DNA of 64,000 bases from an uncultured Desulfuromonadales bacterium (GTDB taxonomy: Bacteria > Desulfobacterota > Desulfuromonadia > Geobacterales > CAIOGM01). Shown here piece after piece: positions 25,219 through 32,888 of this stretch. The stretch's first letter is position 1; every line of letters starts with the position of its first letter. The DNA lies in assembly GCA_903929485.1 (NCBI GenBank), contig CAIYUY010000287.1, forward strand, positions 38 through 64,037, given 5' to 3'. The notes below the pieces were generated by a model. It searched no databases, was not told where the DNA came from, and saw nothing but the letters and a program-made list of their open reading frames with translations. Position numbers and translations under genes: made by a program.

Positions 25219-26311
25219 GAATCGCCTCTAGGTGTTTGATAAAATGATTTCCCATGGCAAGCGCTAGATCAACAGGCACAGCATTTCCTATCTGTCTCGC
25301 CATGGAGTTTAAATTACCGGTAAACTCAAAATCATCGGCAAACCCTTGTAGACGCGCCGCCTCTCTAACACTGATGGCGCGGTCTTGCACCGGGTGTCCG
25401 AATCTGCCGTTTGAATAACTGATGCACCGTGTTGTTAGCCCTGGCGCCGGATAATCCCATCGGAGCCTACCATAACAGTCAGTGTGTCCGGAATGTGTTT
25501 TATCATTTTTATCTGTACGAGTGTAGCATGCAGGCCAGAGTTCCTTCGGCCAGTTATTACGGCCACCACCATTGTGAGCCGACGTTTTAATTCGTTCCAT
25601 ATTGAGATCAGACAACATAGCGGCACGATGATTCAGCACGCCACCACCAACATAACTCTCACCGGCAGCTATCACAGGTAGATCAAAGATTGCCTTATAA
25701 ACCGTTTCATATGGGGTATCAGCATCTCTTCCGTGGGTAGGTTCAGGAATGGATATTTCACCGTGCCTGCTTGCCAAAAAAACAAAACGCCTACGTAGTT
25801 GCGGCGCACCATAGTCTTGAGCAGCAACGACGCGACAGGCGATTTTGTAATTCATTCCTTCCAGGAGCTTTTTGAATTCAGGGAAAGGGCCTTGATCCTG
25901 TTTGGATATTTTTTGTAGTCCTGGAACATTTTCTACAAAGACAAAATCCGGCTGACACTCTTTTACTATTGAGCCGAAATACGTTAACAAATCCTTTCGA
26001 TCATCACTCTTACTACTTCCTGTAAATTGTTTGGTAAATGGCTGACAAGGAGCACAACCACAGAAAAGTTTGTAATTTCTATCACACTTATCTAATATCT
26101 GCTGAAAATCGGAAGCAGTTAGCTCTTTAATACTTTTATCGCAGAAAACAGTCGATGGAAAATTCTTGGTGAAGGTGTTCCTTGCGTCCTGATCAACATC
26201 AAGAGCAAAGGCGATATCCATCCCGGCTTTCTGAAATCCACTGCTCGTCCCGCCGCAACCGCAGAAGAAATCAAAAACCGATATATTTCTGTTTTTAATG
26301 GTTTTTATCAT
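25205..26311 (-). CDS. dcm: DNA (cytosine-5)-methyltransferase
   Basis: Motifs FDFFCGCGGTSSGF (I), GCAPCQPFT (IV), FVFVENV (VI), QLRRRFVF (VIII) and GNAVPV (X) are present. Confidence 0.95.
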   Translation of the reverse strand: MIKTIKNRNISVFDFFCGCGGTSSGFQKAGMDIAFALDVDQDARNTFTKNFPSTVFCDKSIKELTASDFQQILDKCDRNYKLFCGCAPCQPFTKQFTGSSKSDDRKDLLTYFGSIVKECQPDFVFVENVPGLQKISKQDQGPFPEFKKLLEGMNYKIACRVVAAQDYGAPQLRRRFVFLASRHGEISIPEPTHGRDADTPYETVYKAIFDLPVIAAGESYVGGGVLNHRAAMLSDLNMERIKTSAHNGGGRNNWPKELWPACYTRTDKNDKTHSGHTDCYGRLRWDYPAPGLTTRCISYSNGRFGHPVQDRAISVREAARLQGFADDFEFTGNLNSMARQIGNAVPVDLALAMGNHFIKHLEAIHGQI

Positions 26312-26474
26312 CTGATTCCATCATGGCGACAAACGCCGACTATAAACTTAATAGCTATCATATTCCTCCCCTTTTATACCATTCCAGCGCTAAAACAGGA
26401 AGAGCAGACAATTACAACACGAAAAATAAAAACTCGCATTAACCACTCAGATCACAACTCCATCATCCTCTTTC

Positions 26475-27698
26475 TCACCCTTGTACCCGCGATAAATCCA
26501 GCTCCCCCTTGAACGCCTTCCGGCTCACTACGCCATAGAGGTTTTCCAGTTCGGTCAGGTTCTGCTGGTAGCGGGTTTTGATGCCTTCGACTTTTTCAAC
26601 AATTGCCGCGAATTGGTTTTGGAGGGCGATTGGAGGGTAAGGAAATTCCAATATATCTAGAACACCTGTATTCATGTGTGTAAAAGTGCCATCAGGACCA
26701 GTTTTCAAACGACCAACACGTCCCTTGCAATACATCATAAGGGAGACAACATAAAGCGGTAGCAACTTTGATCCAAGCCGCAATCTTATCAAATTGGTGC
26801 TTATGATTCCGTGACCGGCATCCGTCTTTGCGACACACATCTTACCCACTGTGCCGGCACGAGAAATGACGATATCGCCATCAAGAACTGAATACGAAGT
26901 AAGCTGTCGGTATTTCTTCTCTGTTATCCACATCCGAAACGGTAGAATCATTCGTCCGGAAGGGTCAATATTATCCATGTTCCAGACAGGAACACCGGCT
27001 TTTACCAATTCTTCTTTTTTGAGGGCGCTACCAAATGGACCACATTTTGTACCGTCTTTCTGGCTACTATAAAATTCAGAGAGTTTTCTTACTGGAAATT
27101 TTTTTGGATTGACTATCGGATCACCAAACATCTCCAGGAAAACGCTCTTTAGCAGGTCATCCAGTTGCAGCAGGTTTTCCTTGCGCCGGGCGATCAACGT
27201 TTCAATTTTGCCAAGCAGATGGGCAATACGGATTTGGTCGTCAAGGGGCGGGAGAGGAATTTGCGATTCAAAAATAATTCTATCCGAGACAGCAGGATAG
27301 CTCGCCCCAGTAGCTCTATTCACCATCACATTTATAAATAGAGATGACTTTACCCATTGAAACAGGTACGTCCCGTCTATTGATTTATTAATCGGTCTGA
27401 GTACGCAAAAACCTGTTGAGGCAGTTGCACCGTCAAGTTCTGCAGGCACTCGTGCAACGCTGTTCAAATTAGGACGCACAGTTGAGACAAGAACATCACC
27501 ATATCTAACTATTTGACGGGCACGGCTTGGTGCATCTCCATTGGCTATTTCACGTACGCCTACAATCCTTTTGAAATTCTGGTCAACGGCGCTGAGGTCA
27601 ATGTAGTTGAAAACTTCATCCTTGGCGCCACGCAAAGGGTTCCAAGTCTTGGCACGAATAACCACATTGCCAATAGTCTGTGTCGTACAACCATTCAT
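26475..27698 (-). CDS. hsdS: Type I restriction-modification specificity subunit
   Basis: 407 aa with two target-recognition halves separated by the conserved helical spacer (LPPLDDQIRIAHLLGKIETLIARRKENLLQLDDLLKSVF) and a matching C-terminal helix. Confidence 0.9.
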   Translation of the reverse strand: MNGCTTQTIGNVVIRAKTWNPLRGAKDEVFNYIDLSAVDQNFKRIVGVREIANGDAPSRARQIVRYGDVLVSTVRPNLNSVARVPAELDGATASTGFCVLRPINKSIDGTYLFQWVKSSLFINVMVNRATGASYPAVSDRIIFESQIPLPPLDDQIRIAHLLGKIETLIARRKENLLQLDDLLKSVFLEMFGDPIVNPKKFPVRKLSEFYSSQKDGTKCGPFGSALKKEELVKAGVPVWNMDNIDPSGRMILPFRMWITEKKYRQLTSYSVLDGDIVISRAGTVGKMCVAKTDAGHGIISTNLIRLRLGSKLLPLYVVSLMMYCKGRVGRLKTGPDGTFTHMNTGVLDILEFPYPPIALQNQFAAIVEKVEGIKTRYQQNLTELENLYGVVSRKAFKGELDLSRVQG

Positions 27699-27773
27699 TT
27701 CATCACACCCCGCAACTTCTTATCGCTCACGTTGATTTCCCTTCGACTTAGCTCAGGGAACGGACGCAGTATC

Positions 27774-29438
27774 TCATCCGATCATCCCCCGCAACTCCAG
27801 CAACTCCCTGACTATCCCACTACTCACTCCACCCAACTCCTCTTCACTCGCCTCACCCACTTCGGACTTTAACAACTTTTCCAGAATTACCACCGCATTT
27901 TCGTAGAATACCTCTTCAAAAACATCGACCTTGTATCGGCTCAAGCTCAGATCATACCCCTCGGCCTCTATCTCGGAGCGTGGAACGACAAAACATTTCC
28001 GAGTCCGATCGGAATTGTTCTCCGAACTTCGACCATGATATCGGGCGACAATCTCCTGCAGATCGCCATACCCTTCCTGCTTGCTCCGCTTGTCGTCCAG
28101 CGAATAGCCGTCGGCGGCCATCTCATAAAACCAGACCTGCTCGGTGGCCGGTTTACTTACCTTCTCCTTTGGTCCCCAGACCTTGGTGAAGAGCAGAATG
28201 GCGGTGCTCACCCCGGCGTAGGGCTTGAAGACGCCGCTGGGCATGGTGATGACCGCCTGCAGGTCGCACCGCTCCACCAGCAACTGCCGCAGGTTCTTAA
28301 AGGCGCCGCCGGAGCCGAACAGGACCCCTTGCGGAACGATGACGCAGGCGGTTCCCCCCTTCTTCAGCAGGCGAAAGATGTTCTCCACAAAGAGGAGTTC
28401 TGTCTTGGTGGTGGCCAGACTCAGGTTCTCGTTGATGTCCCCCTTGTCGATGCTCCCGGTAAAAGGGGGATTGGCCATGATGATGTCGTACTTGGCCTCT
28501 TCGATGAAGCTCTTGCTCAGAGTGTCCTTGTAGTCGATGAGCGGCTTGTCGATGCCGTGCATCATCAGGTTCATGAGCCCCAAACGAACCATGGTGCTGT
28601 CGATATCGTAACCGAAAAGAGAACCGTTGAGGATTTCCTGAGCCTGCTTGGTAAGCCCGGCGGCGATGGAGGTCCGGACAAAACCGTCTTCATCGATGGG
28701 AAGATCCTTTGCCCCGGCCCGAAGCGCCAACCGGGTGACGATGTACTGATACGCCCCCAGCAGGAAGCCGCCGGAACCGCAGGCCGGGTCGGCGATGCGA
28801 TGTCCCAGCTGCGGTTGCGCCAGTTCGGCCATGAGCTTGATGATATGGCGCGGGGTGCGAAACTGACCGTTCTTCCCGGCGGCGGCGATCTCCGACAGGA
28901 GCATCTCGTACACATCCCCCTGGATATCCTGGAACGCCTGCCCCTTTTCATGGGAATCCTTCTCCATGATATCGAAGATTTCGTCGATGGTCTTCACCGC
29001 CTCCACCAGCAGGGCCGGCTTGGGGATGATGAAAACCGCGTTTTTCATGTGCCGGGAAAAGTTGGATTCCGCGCCGTTCAGATCCTTGAGAAAGGGAAAA
29101 ACCTTCCCCTGCACATGTTGCAACATCTCTTCCGCCTGCATCCGTTTGAATTCGCTCCACCGAAGGGTTCGCTTCTCCACGGCAAAGGGTTTTTGATCGG
29201 CCTCGGGCTTGTCGAGATGTTCCGGCGGAATCCAGACGCCGCTGAATCGGGAACCATAGCTGTCGCCGGTAAATTCGGCATCGGCCAGCTTTTTTTGATC
29301 CAGCTCGTCCAGTTGTTTCATGAACAACAGATAGGTGATCTGCTCGATGGCGGTGAGCGGGTTGGAGATGCCGCCGCTCCAGAATTTGTTCCAGAGCTGG
29401 TCGATCTTGGATTTCAGTTCAGGGTTGTTTTGCAGCAT
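27774..29438 (-). CDS. hsdM: Type I restriction-modification N6-adenine methyltransferase subunit
   Basis: HsdM N-terminal region (LWNKFWSGGISNPLTAIEQITYLLF), AdoMet motif IADPACGSGGFL and catalytic IIMANPPF. Confidence 0.95.
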   Translation of the reverse strand: MLQNNPELKSKIDQLWNKFWSGGISNPLTAIEQITYLLFMKQLDELDQKKLADAEFTGDSYGSRFSGVWIPPEHLDKPEADQKPFAVEKRTLRWSEFKRMQAEEMLQHVQGKVFPFLKDLNGAESNFSRHMKNAVFIIPKPALLVEAVKTIDEIFDIMEKDSHEKGQAFQDIQGDVYEMLLSEIAAAGKNGQFRTPRHIIKLMAELAQPQLGHRIADPACGSGGFLLGAYQYIVTRLALRAGAKDLPIDEDGFVRTSIAAGLTKQAQEILNGSLFGYDIDSTMVRLGLMNLMMHGIDKPLIDYKDTLSKSFIEEAKYDIIMANPPFTGSIDKGDINENLSLATTKTELLFVENIFRLLKKGGTACVIVPQGVLFGSGGAFKNLRQLLVERCDLQAVITMPSGVFKPYAGVSTAILLFTKVWGPKEKVSKPATEQVWFYEMAADGYSLDDKRSKQEGYGDLQEIVARYHGRSSENNSDRTRKCFVVPRSEIEAEGYDLSLSRYKVDVFEEVFYENAVVILEKLLKSEVGEASEEELGGVSSGIVRELLELRGMIG

Positions 29439-29452
29439 TGAAGTCCTCTCTT

Positions 29453-29485
29453 AACCACGGAAAACACTGAAAGCACGGAAATCAC
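29453..29485. repeat. Copy 1 of the motif AACCACGGAAnACACyGAAAGCACGGAAA flanking the GxxExxY gene
   Basis: Read directly. The same orientation is seen at 29871-29903. Confidence 0.85.
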
Positions 29486-29862
29486 AAAACAAATCGCTCA
29501 ATCTGCGTCTGTGAGTGACTGCCAAAATTTATCAATAGTCCCAGTTTGAATTTTGTTGCTTTCAGATAGTTGATTACTTGTGCCTTGTGTTCCGGTGCGA
29601 CTTCCTTAACAGATTTTAGCTCCAGGATAATCTGTCCGTAACAAATCAGATCTGGCTTGTAGATCTGGAGGAGACATTCACCCTTATAGCTGAGTTTCAA
29701 TTCGGGCTGTGAAACAAAGGGGACGCCTTGCGCCTTGAGCTCTTTTTCAAGGCATTCCTGATAAACAGCTTCCAGAAATCCGCATCCCATTTCCCGATAA
29801 ACTTCAAACACCGCACCGCGAATGGCAAACGTCTCTTTCTCATAAAGTAAGTCCATTGCCAC
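29482..29862 (-). CDS. GxxExxY-family protein (PD-(D/E)XK-like small protein)
   Basis: The family-defining pattern is GAVFEVYREMGCGFLEAVYQECLEKEL, followed by DLICYGQIILELK. The ATG at 29856 may be the real start. Confidence 0.85.
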   Translation of the reverse strand: MAMDLLYEKETFAIRGAVFEVYREMGCGFLEAVYQECLEKELKAQGVPFVSQPELKLSYKGECLLQIYKPDLICYGQIILELKSVKEVAPEHKAQVINYLKATKFKLGLLINFGSHSQTQIERFVL

Positions 29863-29870
29863 ACCTCATT

Positions 29871-29947
29871 AACCACGGAAGACACCGAAAGCACGGAAAA
29901 GACCGTATGGTTTTAAAAATTCAGTGCATTCAGTGTATTCCGTGGTT
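29871..29947. repeat. Copy 2 (29871-29903, direct) and copy 3 (29920-29947, inverted) of the AACCACGGAA...GCAC motif
   Basis: Read directly. Copies 2 and 3 can pair with each other as a hairpin. Confidence 0.85.
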
Positions 29948-29964
29948 GAAAATTATTCAGCTCC

Positions 29965-32775
29965 TCAAGCCGCAACTCTTTCGGTCAACGCTAGAATATC
30001 GTCAATTTCCGCTGGGCTGAACAATCCGCGAATTCCCTGGGGATGAAGTACCGTGAAGGGAGAGGTAATCAGATCTCGCTTGTGGACTTTTTCCCGCTCC
30101 ATCATGAAACTTTTCAACAGGGTCAGAAACTCCAGTTGTCGACTATTGAGCGTTGTATGCCGCAAGATGAACTGCTCGAAGGCCTCTGCCACGGTCTCAG
30201 GGAAACTTCTCAGGATTTCTACACCGAGGATATGACGGATGAATTGAATAAACCCGGCCTTGCGGTTCTTGTACGCCTGGCGCAACAGTTCCTCGGTGAT
30301 ATGCGGATGCTCGTCATGGAGCATGGCGGCCAGTTCGTCCGCATCGGCTAGCGATATGGGGTCCCCCTGCTTGATTTTTTGCAGGATGGGGTTGCCGTCG
30401 GTCAGCTGAGCGATGAGCGCCTCCACCATCTCCCGGTATCGACTGATGCTCACGGCTTCGTGTCGCGGTCCGAACTCCACCATCTCCTTGTTCTGCAGGA
30501 GATCGGACAGGTTCAGATGGATCGTCCCGGTGGCGCCGTCGTCTCTCTGGCGAAACTTCATAAGTGGGCCGAGCTTTTTCATGAGCTCATCCAGTGCGTC
30601 CTCATCGGCCTTGACCCAATAATGATCGGTCTGTGAAGCCCGGATCAGCGATTCCTCCGCCTTGACAAAGCCGACGCTCAGCGGCAGTCGGCAGATCTGT
30701 TCCACAATCCCCGCCTTCAGAGTCTCGGACTGTCCCACTTCCCCGTTCAGGCGAGCCAAGGAGAATTCCAACAGATCCTTCTCAAAACGCATGGCCTTGA
30801 AGTCGGCTTCGGAAACGGTGCGAAACAACGGCTTGATCTCGGCGCGGAGAAATTCCAGTTTCCGGTGATTGAGGTCAACCCAGAAGTCGTCATCCAGGAG
30901 ACGGTGCAGAGGAGTCGCCGCTTCCCTGATGACCACCGAGTTCTCCGGCAGTTCCGTGATCCGTCCGCGCAGTTTGACGACCTCTCGCCGGGCCGTTTCG
31001 TCCTCTCCTTTGTCCAGCGCCTTTTCGATCTTGTCCAGGCGCAGCCCCGTAACCCGCACCGGCAGGGGAATCTGCGGCTTCAGCTCCTTCCCCTTGGGCT
31101 GAAGCTTGAAGTATTCGAAATTATCCCAGCAGTCCATGATCAGGAACAGCTCTTTTTCGGTACACCAGGGTTTGATCTTGCCCAGCTCCAACAGACGGGC
31201 GCCTCGACCGATCATCTGCCAGAACTTGGTGTAGGAGTATACCGGCTTGGCAAAGACAAGATTAACGATCTCGCGCACATCAATGCCGGTGTCCAGCATG
31301 TCCACACTGATGGCCACTCGCGGCATGTCATTGTTGGTAAACTGAGCCAGCAGCCCCCGCTTACCGTAAACACGAGGATCGTCGGAAACTAGCACCTTGG
31401 CCAACTCCCCATGGTACTGGGGATAGAGTTTGTCGAAAACTTTCTCAATCCGCCGGGCATGGGCCATGGTGGCGCAGAAGAAGATCGTTTTTCCCGGAAG
31501 CACACCGTCCTGATCCTTGATGCACTCCTCCATGAACTCCCTGACGATCAGGGTGTTGGTCCCCTTGTTGGTCACCTGCTTTTCCAGCTGAGAACCCTCA
31601 AAGTTGATCTCTTCCACCTCTTTCCCTTCCAGAATCAACCTCTTCTGATCTTCCAGGGAGATGGTCCGCTTACTGATTCCCTGAATCTGGAACTTCGTCT
31701 GAATCTTCATCACCTGGAACGTGGCGAGATAGGGGGGAATGTTGTTCACCGCCTCTTCGTAGGTGTAGGCAAAGGTCGGCAACCCGTCTTCGCACTGAAA
31801 CAGCCGGAAGGTGTTATGATCGATGATATTCGTGGGTGTCGCCGTGAGCCCGAGAGTGATGCTCCGGAAGTAGTCGAGTATTTCGCCGTAGGTGTTATAG
31901 ATGGAGCGGTGGCTTTCGTCGATGACCACCAGATCGAAGAAGTGCGGCGAAAGCCGTTGGGTCTCATCCCGGATGACGTTAAGCATGGTGGGATAGGTAG
32001 AGATATAGATGCGGCGATCCTGGGCCAGGAGCTTTTCACCATCATGAGGCCAGCGCGGTTCATGGGGAAGATACTCCTTAAACGCCGACAGCGCCTGCTC
32101 CCGCAGGGAGATCCGATCCACGAGGAAAAGGACCTTCTCGACGTAACCGGCGCGCATGAGAGTATCCACCAGGGCGATGCAGATGCGGGTCTTGCCGGTG
32201 CCGGTGGCCATCACCAACAGGAACTCACGCCACTTTTTCTCCAGACCTTCCAGCACGGCGCGGATGGCGCGGATCTGATAATCACGCCCCGCAATGGAAC
32301 TATTGATAAGTTCCCGAGCCAGCGGTTTGCGGTTACGGCGAATGTAGTGAAGGCGTTCCAGATCGTCTCGGGTGGGAAAGCCTGCGACTCTGCGGGGGGG
32401 ATAGTTATTTAGGTCCCAGAAGTAGAGTTCAAGACCGTTGGTGTAAAAGCAGAACGGAAGCTCTCCCCCCATCTGCTTTTGAATGTTAAAGCAGTACTGC
32501 TTGGCCTGTTCCCGGCCAAGGGTGGCATCTCTGCCGGTTTTCTTGGCTTCCACCACGGCAAGGGCTTTTGCATCCTTGCCCAGCAGGACGTAGTCGCTGA
32601 ACTGATGCCCCTGATAAGGGGTGAGCGGCTCGCTGATCCCTTCGGGCAAACCGACGATGATGTCAAACTCCACAATGACTTGGGAGCGATCGGCCACATT
32701 CCAGCCCGCGGCAAGGAGTTTCTTGTCGATTATCTCCTTTCGCGTCTGCTGTTCGGATTTATCCTTTGAAATCAT
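29965..32775 (-). CDS. hsdR: Type I restriction enzyme R subunit (helicase/endonuclease)
   Basis: 936 aa. The N-terminus has SEQQTRKEIIDKKLLAAGW plus a PD-(D/E)XK-like region. Walker A is MATGTGKT, with VVIDESH and helicase C motifs. Confidence 0.93.
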   Translation of the reverse strand: MISKDKSEQQTRKEIIDKKLLAAGWNVADRSQVIVEFDIIVGLPEGISEPLTPYQGHQFSDYVLLGKDAKALAVVEAKKTGRDATLGREQAKQYCFNIQKQMGGELPFCFYTNGLELYFWDLNNYPPRRVAGFPTRDDLERLHYIRRNRKPLARELINSSIAGRDYQIRAIRAVLEGLEKKWREFLLVMATGTGKTRICIALVDTLMRAGYVEKVLFLVDRISLREQALSAFKEYLPHEPRWPHDGEKLLAQDRRIYISTYPTMLNVIRDETQRLSPHFFDLVVIDESHRSIYNTYGEILDYFRSITLGLTATPTNIIDHNTFRLFQCEDGLPTFAYTYEEAVNNIPPYLATFQVMKIQTKFQIQGISKRTISLEDQKRLILEGKEVEEINFEGSQLEKQVTNKGTNTLIVREFMEECIKDQDGVLPGKTIFFCATMAHARRIEKVFDKLYPQYHGELAKVLVSDDPRVYGKRGLLAQFTNNDMPRVAISVDMLDTGIDVREIVNLVFAKPVYSYTKFWQMIGRGARLLELGKIKPWCTEKELFLIMDCWDNFEYFKLQPKGKELKPQIPLPVRVTGLRLDKIEKALDKGEDETARREVVKLRGRITELPENSVVIREAATPLHRLLDDDFWVDLNHRKLEFLRAEIKPLFRTVSEADFKAMRFEKDLLEFSLARLNGEVGQSETLKAGIVEQICRLPLSVGFVKAEESLIRASQTDHYWVKADEDALDELMKKLGPLMKFRQRDDGATGTIHLNLSDLLQNKEMVEFGPRHEAVSISRYREMVEALIAQLTDGNPILQKIKQGDPISLADADELAAMLHDEHPHITEELLRQAYKNRKAGFIQFIRHILGVEILRSFPETVAEAFEQFILRHTTLNSRQLEFLTLLKSFMMEREKVHKRDLITSPFTVLHPQGIRGLFSPAEIDDILALTERVAA

Positions 32776-32830
32776 ACATCTTTACTACTCTACCCCTTAA
32801 GTCAAGTCAACGGGATAATGAAAGAAAAAA

Positions 32831-32856
32831 GAAGCCCCCGACGAATCGGGGGCTTC
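32831..32856 (-). terminator. pyc terminator hairpin GAAGCCCCCGA/TCGGGGGCTTC followed by a T-tract on the coding strand
   Basis: Read directly, 33 nt after the pyc stop. Confidence 0.8.
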
Positions 32857-32888
32857 CGTTGCCGCAGATCAGGTGAAGTGGCCGCCGG

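Noticed and set aside
16756-32825. Integrase, transposase or excisionase that would explain the island insertions
   Set aside because: I looked through every ORF of at least 60 aa on both strands. None shows tyrosine-recombinase (R..HxxR..Y), serine-recombinase or DDE patterns. The absence is reported as a finding rather than a feature.
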